A DNA stretch of 32,000 nt from an uncultured Oligoflexia bacterium (GCA_964013565.1 CAXGWU010000012.1:8008-40007); one strand, 5' to 3'. Shown: positions 7,696-16,823, counted from the first letter of the stretch. Notes: generated by a model from the letters alone, not told the origin. Translations and numbers: made by a program.

Positions 7696-8775
7696 ATGTC
7701 CGAAATTCGAAATCGCTTGGTTGGTGAAAGTACTGCGATTCAAAGTCTATTAAACACAATCGATAAAATCTCTGCTATTGATAGTACAGTTCTGATTTCC
7801 GGAGAAAGTGGAACTGGAAAAGAGTTGGTAGCACGTTTTATTCATGAAACTTCATCTCGAAGAGAGAAACCACTCGTTATTGTGAACTGTGGGGCGATTC
7901 CAAGTGATATGTTGGAAGCCGAGTTATTTGGAAGTGTTCAAGGCTCTATGCCGGGGTCAAATGAAGACCGAATGGGACGTTTTGAAATGGCTAATGGTGG
8001 AACGATTTTTTTAGATGAAGTTGGAGATCTTCCTCATCATTTACAGGTAAAGCTTCTAAGAGTTCTTCAAACCCAACAGTTTGAGCCTGTTGGCTCTTCG
8101 AGAACAATTCAAGTTAATGTTCGAATTGTTGCTGCTTCCAATGTCAATTTAGAGCAAGCTGTTCAACAAAGAAAATTTAGAGAAGATCTTTATTATCGTC
8201 TTAATGTTATTCCTGTTAAGATTCCGTCACTAAGAGAAAGAAAAGAAGATATAAAGATTTTAATTCAACACTTTATTGATCGAAATAATCGATTGACCGG
8301 TCATAATTTAAGTATGCCTTCTGGAAAAGTTCTTGAAGCACTTCTTTCTTACGACTGGCCTGGAAACGTAAGAGAACTTGAGAATCTGATGGAAAGACTT
8401 GTTATTCTTAAGACCGCTGGATCCATTGAAATGGAAGACCTTCCTCGAGGCGTTTTTCAAAAGTATGCAGAAGCTCAACCATCAGGAACCGGAGCTGTTT
8501 CTGCATGGGAATATCCAAAGATGGCACTTCCAGAAAAAGGACTTGATTTAAAAGCAGTCGTATCCTCTTTTGAGAACCATCTTGTTGATCAGGCTCTTAG
8601 TCGAACTAATGGTAATAAAAATAAAGCTAGTGAATTACTAAGGATGAATCGGACAACTCTTGTTGAGAAGTTAAGAAAACGTGGAATGATTACTCCAGCG
8701 AAGAAAAAAAGAGAAACTCTTGCAGCTCAAAAAGCAGCGGAAGTAGCAAGTTCTATTTTTAATTCAACTGAGTAA
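7696..8775 (+). CDS. Sigma54-type AAA+ transcriptional regulator, no receiver domain, non-canonical GAFTGA loop
   Basis: Walker A GESGTGKE, Walker B IFLDEVGDLP, Fis-type HTH at the C-terminus. Start chosen at ATG 7696 after AAGGGGG; the ORF track extends to 7621. Confidence 0.85.
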   Translation: MSEIRNRLVGESTAIQSLLNTIDKISAIDSTVLISGESGTGKELVARFIHETSSRREKPLVIVNCGAIPSDMLEAELFGSVQGSMPGSNEDRMGRFEMANGGTIFLDEVGDLPHHLQVKLLRVLQTQQFEPVGSSRTIQVNVRIVAASNVNLEQAVQQRKFREDLYYRLNVIPVKIPSLRERKEDIKILIQHFIDRNNRLTGHNLSMPSGKVLEALLSYDWPGNVRELENLMERLVILKTAGSIEMEDLPRGVFQKYAEAQPSGTGAVSAWEYPKMALPEKGLDLKAVVSSFENHLVDQALSRTNGNKNKASELLRMNRTTLVEKLRKRGMITPAKKKRETLAAQKAAEVASSIFNSTE

Positions 8776-8790
8776 AATTGGCACAAAGTT

Positions 8791-8831
8791 AAAATAGAAA
8801 AGGCCAGTTTTGTACTGGCCTTTTCTATTTT
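8791..8831. terminator. Bidirectional intrinsic terminator between convergent genes
   Basis: Perfect 18-bp inverted repeat AAAATAGAAAAGGCCAGT-tttgt-ACTGGCCTTTTCTATTTT. A-rich on the left and T-rich on the right, so it works on both strands. Confidence 0.9.
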
Positions 8832-9637
8832 GGTAGAGACTTTTTTGCTTGTCTTTCGGTTTCAATTGTCTGTCGAATAAGGTTTCTCATTACTCTGTTT
8901 CGATTAGCTTCTCCCAGTAAGGAAAGTGCATCGTCATAAAGCGTTTTATCATTAATAAGGGCTCCGACCGTACCTTTTCCTCGATCAATTTTTTCTAAAA
9001 TTGAATTAAGGGATTTAAAAGAATCAGAAAGATGCATCTCTGTCATTTGTTCATTAAGTTTTTTTGAGAATTCACCTAAATTTTTAGCTGTTTTTGCCAT
9101 TCCTTCAAAAAAGGTAATATGTCGATTGTCTTGCTCAAACGAATAGATTAATTTTTCGATTCCCCCTGCAATTCGTTTTAATGAACCAAGGAGTTCACCT
9201 CCTTCCGTAAGAAATCCTTCGATTCCTCCTCCGGAGGTCACAGGAATTTCAGATCCTTCTGGGAGTGCTGGCCGATTAAAATCTCCAACAGTAATTGAAA
9301 TATATTTATCTCCAAGGACTCCTTGTGTAAGAATCTCAATTCTTGAGCCCTCTCGAATTTGAGTTGAATAAGAGTCTTTAATATTAAAATCGACTAATAT
9401 TTTTTTACTTTTATAATCATAGTCAATTTGATTTACAGTTCCAACATTCATTCCTCCAATGACAACTTTTGCACCTGGAAGCATGCCTGAGACATCAGTA
9501 AATAAGCCATGGTATTTAGAAACAGGAGAAAAAATTGATTCGATTCCTCCTAGAAGAGTAATGGCTAACATTAGTAAAAGTGTTCCTAGAGATACAAATA
9601 TTCCTACTTTGATTTCTTTTTGATTTTGATCATTCAT
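8825..9637 (-). CDS. MCE-domain protein, MlaD-like
   Basis: Single N-terminal TM, then an MCE pattern (HGLFTDVSGMLPGAKVVIGGMNVGTV ... ILTQGVLGDKYISI). Confidence 0.85.
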   Translation of the reverse strand: MNDQNQKEIKVGIFVSLGTLLLMLAITLLGGIESIFSPVSKYHGLFTDVSGMLPGAKVVIGGMNVGTVNQIDYDYKSKKILVDFNIKDSYSTQIREGSRIEILTQGVLGDKYISITVGDFNRPALPEGSEIPVTSGGGIEGFLTEGGELLGSLKRIAGGIEKLIYSFEQDNRHITFFEGMAKTAKNLGEFSKKLNEQMTEMHLSDSFKSLNSILEKIDRGKGTVGALINDKTLYDDALSLLGEANRNRVMRNLIRQTIETERQAKKSLPK

Positions 9638-10382
9638 GATGTCCCATGGCCTCGCTTATAAAAGATTGTACAAATGAGTCATTTGATTTTTGAATATTTT
9701 CAATCGTATCTATAACATGAATTTTTCCGTCATTTAAAAATGCGATACGATCCGAAATTTCGAATGCTGCAGGAATATCATGAGTTACAAATATTCCTGT
9801 CATTCCTCTGGATTTAAGTGTCTTTATATTCTTTAGTAGTCTTTTTGTGTTTACAGGGTCAAGACCGGCGGTCGGCTCATCAAATAGAATTACTTTGGGT
9901 CTTAGAATTGTTGCTCTTGCAAGTCCAGTTCTTTTTTGCATTCCTCCGGAGAGTTCTGCAGGAAGAAGTTTATTACTTCCTTTCATGTCAATCATTTCTA
10001 ACATTTCTTCGACTCGTTCAGAGATTTCTTTATTTGAAAGATTAGTATGCTCTATCAAAGGATAGGCTAAATTTTCTTCAACAGTGAGGGAATCAAAAAG
10101 CGCACCATTTTGAAAAACAAACCCTATTTGAGTTCTAATTCGGACGAGCTCCTTTTCACTTAATTGGGTAATTTCTTGACCTTCAAAAACAATAGAACCT
10201 TTATCTGGTTTTTCTAAACCAATAATTGATCTAAGAATAACGCTCTTTCCTGTCCCGGACCCACCAAATAAAGCGATAAGTTCCCCTTCTTTTAGTGATA
10301 AAGAAACTCCCTTGTGAACCTGTTTGTCACCAAAAGCTTTATGAAGGTCTGTAATTTTTAGTATTACTTTTTCTTTAGACAA
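9630..10382 (-). CDS. ABC transporter ATPase, MlaF-like
   Basis: GGSGTGKSV, LSGGMQKRTGLARA, LFDEPTAGLDP. The ORF is open to 10415, but a TTG start at 10382 preceded by GAGG fits the upstream gene ending at 10390. Confidence 0.9.
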   Translation of the reverse strand: MSKEKVILKITDLHKAFGDKQVHKGVSLSLKEGELIALFGGSGTGKSVILRSIIGLEKPDKGSIVFEGQEITQLSEKELVRIRTQIGFVFQNGALFDSLTVEENLAYPLIEHTNLSNKEISERVEEMLEMIDMKGSNKLLPAELSGGMQKRTGLARATILRPKVILFDEPTAGLDPVNTKRLLKNIKTLKSRGMTGIFVTHDIPAAFEISDRIAFLNDGKIHVIDTIENIQKSNDSFVQSFISEAMGHHE

Positions 10383-10389
10383 GAGATCC

Positions 10390-11232
10390 TCACGTTCCAG
10401 AAAAAACAGTAACAATAAATAATTTTGTTAGAAAAAAATCACTGATCATAATAAAAATACTTGAAGTCACGACAACCCAAGTTGTAGTGTTTCCTACACC
10501 TTGGGTTCCACCTTGAGTATTTAATCCTTTCCAGCATGCGACCATCGCAATAAAAAAAGCAAAAACTCCAGTTTTTGCCATTCCAGTGAGAAGATCTGCC
10601 ATTGTTAGTGTATCTACTGCTTTTGATAAAAAGTAAGAAGCGCTAATATTTAACTCAAGTGCAGAGACTGCCATTGCTCCAAGCATTGCTATGTAGTCTG
10701 CAAATAACGTAAGTAAAGGAAGTGCAATCATGCTTGCAACTAATCTAGGAATAACTATTTTTTTAATTGGACTTGTTCCTAATGCTCTAATTGCATCAAT
10801 TTGTTGAGTTACCTTCATGGAACCTACTTCTGATGCGATTCCAGAACCTATTCTTCCTGCTACAAGTAGGCTTGCGAAAACCGGTCCCATTTCTCTAGAG
10901 ATCGTAAGGGCAACAAGTTTAGGAACATACATTTTTCCACCAAATTTTTCTAAACCAAAACCAAATTGAAGAGCCATTACAGAGCCAGTGGCTAGTCCAG
11001 TAACGGCCACTAATAGAATGGAACGATTTCCTATTTGATAAATTTGATCTAAAACAAGTTTAAAATAAAAGGGTTTAGTTTTTATTTCATCTAAAACTTG
11101 TTTAATTAAGATTCCTAATCCTCCACAGAAGTGGATGATTTCAAAAATTTTTTTCCCAATATTTTTATGCAGTTCATTTAATGCTAGTCGCATAGAGAAT
11201 ATTTTTTTAGATATTAAACCTACTTGCTCCAT
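10390..11232 (-). CDS. ABC transporter permease, MlaE-like
   Basis: FGFGLEKFGG, TREMGPVFASLLVAGRIGSGIASEVGSM-like MlaE motif (SREMGPV...), multiple TM segments. Confidence 0.92.
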   Translation of the reverse strand: MEQVGLISKKIFSMRLALNELHKNIGKKIFEIIHFCGGLGILIKQVLDEIKTKPFYFKLVLDQIYQIGNRSILLVAVTGLATGSVMALQFGFGLEKFGGKMYVPKLVALTISREMGPVFASLLVAGRIGSGIASEVGSMKVTQQIDAIRALGTSPIKKIVIPRLVASMIALPLLTLFADYIAMLGAMAVSALELNISASYFLSKAVDTLTMADLLTGMAKTGVFAFFIAMVACWKGLNTQGGTQGVGNTTTWVVVTSSIFIMISDFFLTKLFIVTVFSGT

Positions 11233-11272
11233 ATCTACTATGGTATCTAAAAAAGAAAATTAAAAAAGCCGG

Positions 11273-11842
11273 TTAATCTAGCCTAGTGCTTGTTACAAAG
11301 TAGGAAAAATCTGCCTCTTCTTTTTCGAAAAACTGAGGCCTAGAGATATACATAAAGTCATAGATACAGTCATTGATTTGGGTAACTATTGTTCTTACTT
11401 TTATTTTTTGATTTTCGATTTTCCCTAATATTGTTGTCTGCAGAGCTTCTTTTTTTGAAATCATTGTAACGGTTTGGTGTTTTTCTTTGATTCTGGAAAA
11501 ACCCATGAGAAGGGTATTTGTAAAATCTGAAAGTTGATGTTGACTGTAGCTGTTTGATTTTTTACACGACGAATTTAAAGAAATTGTAGAGTGAGTTATT
11601 TGAGATTGATAAACTACATCTGGAATACGTGTATTTTTCTCTTCCGCACTCAAGTCCATTTCTATCGAATTCAAACTATTTTGTGTATTCAGTTTTTTCC
11701 ATTGAGATTTGAATTTACTGAGATCTTTATATCCATATTCTTCAGACTTCTTGCTTCCTGGATCTATGTTTCCAAGTAAAACAGCACAGCCTGTGAACTG
11801 AAAACTTAATAATGTAAAAATAACTAGTTGAAATGCTTTCAT
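11273..11842 (-). CDS. Lipoprotein of unknown function associated with the Mla-like cassette
   Basis: Signal peptide with lipobox FTGC (MKAFQLVIFTLLSFQFTGC); co-oriented with the mlaE-like gene. Confidence 0.7.
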   Translation of the reverse strand: MKAFQLVIFTLLSFQFTGCAVLLGNIDPGSKKSEEYGYKDLSKFKSQWKKLNTQNSLNSIEMDLSAEEKNTRIPDVVYQSQITHSTISLNSSCKKSNSYSQHQLSDFTNTLLMGFSRIKEKHQTVTMISKKEALQTTILGKIENQKIKVRTIVTQINDCIYDFMYISRPQFFEKEEADFSYFVTSTRLD

Positions 11843-12101
11843 TAATAACTATTCTCACCTTTTTTTTTCAATGATTCAATTTCTTATCTTTATAGAGTTT
11901 ATTTTAATTCAGTCGTCAAAATTTAAACCTTAAAAAAATAGTGTCAAAAAAATGTCTTAAAAAAATAATAAATTCAAATAGTTACAAAAACGTCCTGGGA
12001 AAAAAAATATAGGTAAATTTGGTGTCGGTACAAATTTGAGATAAGATTTAATTGCCGGTAAGCAAAGAATGCTAATCGTTATAGAGTCAGGATGACAAAA
12101 T

Positions 12102-14885
12102 ATGATTAAGAGCAAGAAGCTCTCTTATTTATTTTTACTTCTATTGGTTTGGGTGAAGCCTTCACTTGCTTCGCTATCAAGTACTCCCTATTTTATTAAA
12201 GATCAAAAAGAAGTTTTTGATTTACAGACTTATGAAACTTTTAGTCGGATATCAATTTTAATTAACCCATCAATTAAACCAGTTTTTGTAGATGGAAAAA
12301 AAACATTTAAAATATTTTTTCCAGAAGTTTCTCTATTAGATATAGGAATTAAAAGAAATGAATTAAGAAACTTTAATTTTAAAATTAAAGAATTTAGAGA
12401 TTCTAGAGTCAAAGATATTAAATTAAAAGAAGAAATCGATGGGATTTCGTTCTTAGGTGAATGGAGATTTCCAAATGATAAAGATTCTCCTGCTTTTCCA
12501 AAAATGCAAAATTTCCAATTCATGGATGAAAATCCATCTCGATTTGTGCTTGATTTTTGGCATAGACCAGGGCTTTCCAGAGCCGAAGTTAATAGAAGAG
12601 AGGAACTTCGTAAAAGAAAACTTTCAATATTGAAAGAAAAGAAAAAATACGAAGAAATGAAAAAAGTTAGATTTGCAAAAAGAGCGCTTAAGAAAAAAGT
12701 TGTTGCTATGGATTTGTTTTGTGGAAGGCCTGTGAATGAAGAAAATGAAATTTTTCTTCCTTTTCGTCCTGTTCATCGACCAGTTAAATTAGAAGAATGG
12801 GTTCATTCTATTCAGCCCGATAAAGACTATCCATACTTTGAGCCAAAAGCAGGAACAATGGGTAAAGAAGGGGATTATTTACGTTTAGCTTTAAGGCTTT
12901 ACAGAAAAGGTGATTTTGGACTCACAATTCGAACTATTGATTTTTATGAATCAGATTTTTCAAAATCACCTCATTATGCACAAATGAAATTTTTAAAAGC
13001 AAATGCTCTTTTAAAACTTGGTTATGTAAAAAAAGCTGACCGGATTTTTGATGAACTAATGAATCATATGGATAATATGGCCGTAGCTCTTCATTCAGGC
13101 ATTTATATCGCAGTACAGACTCTCAAAAATAAAGAATATTTAAAATCTTTAGAATATTTTACTTGGCTATCAAATAAATTTCCTTCTCATCGTTTAAACT
13201 GGGCCTTTCATTTGGGTGCTGCAGAGTCACTTTATCATCTTAAGCAGACAGATAGAGCTTCTAAGGAATTTCAGAATGTTGCAGAAAAAGCCCCTATTGT
13301 AGCAGTAAAGGCAGAGGCAGGATTGAAGGTCGGTGATTTATTTTTAGAGAGAAAACAATATGCACAAGCTCTTGCTTCTTATTATAAGTCTACACAGCTA
13401 TTTAAAGATGAGGCTGAAAACTTTCTTCCAATGCAATTAAATAGAGCAGAATCTCTCTATTGGCTTAAAGAATATGCAAGAGCTGAGGTTAAATTTAAAG
13501 AAATTATAGGAAAATTTAAAACAAAACCCGAAACATGGAGAGCCTATTTACGTTTAGCTGAAATTCAAGGTCGAAAAAAAGGGGAAAAGAACAATAAAAT
13601 TTATAGAAAATACCTCTACGACACAATTAATTTGTATCCTTATTCTCCAGGAGCGACTCTTGCTCGATTAAAACTTTTACCTTGTGGAGACCATGGAGGA
13701 TTTACTGCATCAAGTGCTGAAAGATTTTTTAAGGAAGAAGCTGAAAAATTTGATGGAAAAGGAGAAGTAATTACAAAACTTTATCCAGATTTTAAAAAAA
13801 TTACAGAAGTACGAACTTGGGTTTCCATGGGACGGACACATAAAGCTTTGTTGACGTCTGCAAAATATCAAAAATTAATGATCAAAAAAGCTTCTGTAAA
13901 AGTTTTAAAGGATAGTTTTAGACAAATTTTTAGAGCACAGGTGCTGAAGCTATTAGCACAAGGAAAAAAAATAGAAGCAATAAAAGAATATGAAGTATAC
14001 AAATGGGCTATTCCAAAAGTGGGAGACCCGGTTGCTTCTGATTATCTATTAGAATTAGCGGACGCCGCATCTGATCTAGAATTTCCTGCGCTTTCTACTA
14101 AGTTGCTCAATCGTTATCGAGCAGAAACGACTTCTTTAGATCGACGAATTGCAAAGGATAAGGAAGATACAGATAGTCATCCGGAGGACCGTCAAAAAAA
14201 TTCTCAAGAACATTTAATAGAAGCTAGAAATATATGGATGGAATATCAGTCTAATAAAGCCAAGCAAATTAGATATCATTTAAAAGAAATTCAGTATGAG
14301 CACCCGAAGTCTTTTGAAGCTCAGATGATTAGTGGTTTGTTAAATTTTGAAGAAAAAAAATATAAAGAATCTTTAAAAGATATAGTTAATTCAAAGCTGT
14401 TGATTTCAAAGATGTCCCCAGAAAGTGAAATTCGTTTTAATTATATGTTAGCGAAAATAAATCAAAATCTTGGGGAAGATGATATCGCATTAGATTATTT
14501 TCAAAAAATTGAATCAAAAGTTCTAGACACAAAAAAAGAAATTGAGAGATCTGATTTAGATAAATTAATGGATAAGCTTCATTTTCCGAGAATTCCAGAA
14601 TACCAAAACTTAGTATTTGAAATAGGAAAAGTCTTTGAGTCAAAGGGCTTTTGGGGAAAAGCTGCTTCTGTCTATGATCGAGCAGTTAATAACAAATCTT
14701 CAAATAATCGAATGCTATTTAGCTTAGGAAGGGCTCTTTTAAAAACAAAAGAAAAAGTAAATGTTCAAAGAGGATGGAAGATTTATCAAGAAGTAGCAAA
14801 TAGTAAAAATGAAGATTTTTGGAAAAAATTAGCGTTACAAGCGTTGAATAACAAACAAGCCAGGGAGGGCGAGAATAATGAGTAA
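12102..14885 (+). CDS. Large secreted TPR-repeat protein with AMIN-like N-terminal region
   Basis: Signal peptide (MIKSKKLSYLFLLLLVWVKPSLA), beta-rich N-terminus ending NPSRFVLDFW, then many TPR-like repeats; 927 aa. Confidence 0.7.
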   Translation: MIKSKKLSYLFLLLLVWVKPSLASLSSTPYFIKDQKEVFDLQTYETFSRISILINPSIKPVFVDGKKTFKIFFPEVSLLDIGIKRNELRNFNFKIKEFRDSRVKDIKLKEEIDGISFLGEWRFPNDKDSPAFPKMQNFQFMDENPSRFVLDFWHRPGLSRAEVNRREELRKRKLSILKEKKKYEEMKKVRFAKRALKKKVVAMDLFCGRPVNEENEIFLPFRPVHRPVKLEEWVHSIQPDKDYPYFEPKAGTMGKEGDYLRLALRLYRKGDFGLTIRTIDFYESDFSKSPHYAQMKFLKANALLKLGYVKKADRIFDELMNHMDNMAVALHSGIYIAVQTLKNKEYLKSLEYFTWLSNKFPSHRLNWAFHLGAAESLYHLKQTDRASKEFQNVAEKAPIVAVKAEAGLKVGDLFLERKQYAQALASYYKSTQLFKDEAENFLPMQLNRAESLYWLKEYARAEVKFKEIIGKFKTKPETWRAYLRLAEIQGRKKGEKNNKIYRKYLYDTINLYPYSPGATLARLKLLPCGDHGGFTASSAERFFKEEAEKFDGKGEVITKLYPDFKKITEVRTWVSMGRTHKALLTSAKYQKLMIKKASVKVLKDSFRQIFRAQVLKLLAQGKKIEAIKEYEVYKWAIPKVGDPVASDYLLELADAASDLEFPALSTKLLNRYRAETTSLDRRIAKDKEDTDSHPEDRQKNSQEHLIEARNIWMEYQSNKAKQIRYHLKEIQYEHPKSFEAQMISGLLNFEEKKYKESLKDIVNSKLLISKMSPESEIRFNYMLAKINQNLGEDDIALDYFQKIESKVLDTKKEIERSDLDKLMDKLHFPRIPEYQNLVFEIGKVFESKGFWGKAASVYDRAVNNKSSNNRMLFSLGRALLKTKEKVNVQRGWKIYQEVANSKNEDFWKKLALQALNNKQAREGENNE

Positions 14886-15843
14886 AATCATTACTAATGA
14901 CCGAAGAATGAAGGAAGTCATTCAATTAGCAGAAACGGTGTCTCAAAGTAAAGCAACTGTTTTAATTCAAGGAGAGAGTGGAACAGGAAAAGAAGTTTTA
15001 GCTAGTATGATACATTCTTGTAGTACTAGGAAGAATAAACCGTTTGTTGCAATTAATTGCGCAGCTATTCCAGAAAATTTATTAGAATCTGAGTTGTTTG
15101 GCTATGAGAGAGGTGCGTTTACAGGTGCTGCCAGCAGTAAAGCGGGTAAATTTGAATTTGCTAATAATGGAACCTTGTTATTAGACGAAATTTCAGAAAT
15201 GGATTTAAAACTTCAAGCGAAGTTACTCCGAGTTATACAAGAGTCAGAAGTAGATCGAATTGGAGGAAGGAAGCCAATTCCGATTGATGTTCGAATAGTA
15301 GCGACAACTAACAAAAATTTAGCAGAGTGTGTAAAAGAAGGTACTTTTAGAGAGGATCTATTTTATCGATTAAATGTAGTGAATCTTACTTTGCCTCCAT
15401 TGAGAGAGAGAATTGGAGATGTAGAAATTTTAAGTGAATATTTTATTTCTAAATTGGCAGCTAAAAATAATTCATCGATAAAAAAAATAGATATAGATGC
15501 ACTAAAAAAACTCGACTCTCATTTGTGGCCAGGAAATGTTCGCGAACTTGAAAATGTTATTGAGCGGGCATTAATTACAGCAGGTGAAGTTATTTTAGTG
15601 AATGATATTGTTCTTCAGAATTCGCTTGAAAGCCAAAGCATGAGAAAAGAGCTAGTTGAAGATAACGAAATGACTAGCTGGATTCCAGGGAAAACACTTC
15701 ATGATATAGAGAGAGAAATTATTATTAAAGCTCTTGATCATCATAGTGGAAATAGGACACACACGGCAAAAGCTTTGGGAATTTCTATTAGGACATTAAG
15801 AAATAAGATAGCTGAATATAAAAAAGTAGGAATTTATCTATGA
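14878..15843 (+). CDS. Sigma54-dependent activator (FlrC/FlgR-like position) with no receiver domain
   Basis: Starts directly in the AAA+ domain (QGESGTGKE). Intact GAFTGA, LLLDEISEMD Walker B, Fis-type HTH. Located directly before the flagellar cluster. Confidence 0.88.
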   Translation: MSKIITNDRRMKEVIQLAETVSQSKATVLIQGESGTGKEVLASMIHSCSTRKNKPFVAINCAAIPENLLESELFGYERGAFTGAASSKAGKFEFANNGTLLLDEISEMDLKLQAKLLRVIQESEVDRIGGRKPIPIDVRIVATTNKNLAECVKEGTFREDLFYRLNVVNLTLPPLRERIGDVEILSEYFISKLAAKNNSSIKKIDIDALKKLDSHLWPGNVRELENVIERALITAGEVILVNDIVLQNSLESQSMRKELVEDNEMTSWIPGKTLHDIEREIIIKALDHHSGNRTHTAKALGISIRTLRNKIAEYKKVGIYL

Positions 15844-15867
15844 TTTAAGATAGGCAAATAGGTTTCA

Positions 15868-15896
15868 TTGATGAAAGTTATTTGCCTACCTATAAT
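15868..15896 (+). promoter_or_regulatory. Sigma70-type promoter upstream of flgB
   Basis: TTGATG (15868-15873), 17-nt spacer, TATAAT (15891-15896). Confidence 0.6.
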
Positions 15897-15972
15897 AAAG
15901 TAGAGATTAAAATAGTAGTAATTTCATTATTTTTTTGGGTATGGAAATTGAAGATATAATAGATGGTGTTAA

Positions 15973-16383
15973 ATGAGTAAGCAATTTTTTGATAAAACAA
16001 TTGGTGCTTTAAATACGTCAATGAATTTGCGTATGTTAAATCAGAACGTTATTAGTAGTAATATTGCTAACTCTGAAACCCCAGGTTACAAACAAAAAAA
16101 GGTCGAATTTGAGAGAGCGTTTAGAGAAGCTCTAGGTACTGACGACCGATTAAAGATGGTTGACTCTGATGGATTTGAAATTGATAAATCAACGGATCCT
16201 GTTAAACCAGAAATTTTTGAAGATCCAAATGGTATAGAGTCGTTAGATGGAAATACCGTTAATCGTGCGGATCAAATGGCAAAATTACAAGAAAACCAGT
16301 TTCTATACAATGCATCAGTAGAGCTTTTAAAGAAAAAGCTTTCTATGTTGAAGTATGCAGTATCTAACGATGGAGGACGATAA
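15973..16383 (+). CDS. flgB: Flagellar basal-body rod protein FlgB
   Basis: Rod N-terminal motif NVISSNIANSETPGYKQKKVEFE; first gene of the cluster. Confidence 0.95.
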   Translation: MSKQFFDKTIGALNTSMNLRMLNQNVISSNIANSETPGYKQKKVEFERAFREALGTDDRLKMVDSDGFEIDKSTDPVKPEIFEDPNGIESLDGNTVNRADQMAKLQENQFLYNASVELLKKKLSMLKYAVSNDGGR

Positions 16384-16823
16384 TGGATTTTTTTTCTTCT
16401 ATGCGTGTTAGCGCAAGTGGCCTTGAAGCTCAAATGAAACGCATGAACACGATTTCGAGTAACATAGCGAACGCGGAAACGACACGGACATCTGATGGAG
16501 GACCATATAGAAGAAAAGATGTCGTTTTAGGAGCTATTGAAGATCGAGAGAGTTTTGATGAAATTCTTACTAATGAGTTGGATCAAAATGTACAAAAGGT
16601 CCAAGTAATGGAGATAGCGGAAGACGAAAAGCCTCCAAGACTTGTTTATAATCCTGATCATCCGGATGCAAACGAAAGAGGTTACGTCGCCATGCCAAAT
16701 GTCAATACTGTCTCTGAAATGGCTAATATGATTAGTGCTCAGAGGTCGTATGAAGCTAATATTACCGCAATTAATGCTGCAAAGAGTATGGCACAAAAAG
16801 CTTTAGAAATAGGTAACAATTAA
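16383..16823 (+). CDS. flgC: Flagellar basal-body rod protein FlgC
   Basis: ASGLEAQMKRMNTISSNIANAETTRTSDGGPYRRKD; C-terminal SYEANITAINAAKSM. Confidence 0.96.
   Translation: MDFFSSMRVSASGLEAQMKRMNTISSNIANAETTRTSDGGPYRRKDVVLGAIEDRESFDEILTNELDQNVQKVQVMEIAEDEKPPRLVYNPDHPDANERGYVAMPNVNTVSEMANMISAQRSYEANITAINAAKSMAQKALEIGNN

Noticed and set aside
12030-12061. Sigma28 (FliA) promoter before the TPR gene
   Set aside because: GCCGGTAA (12054-12061) resembles the GCCGATAA -10, but no TAAA-type -35 occurs at the right distance.
12230-12523. Antisense ORFs in the six-frame track (also 10 or more others, e.g. 19387-19839, 22701-23096, 23183-overlapping frames)
   Set aside because: They lie opposite well-supported genes, have no Shine-Dalgarno or family features, and fit chance openness in AT-rich coding DNA.
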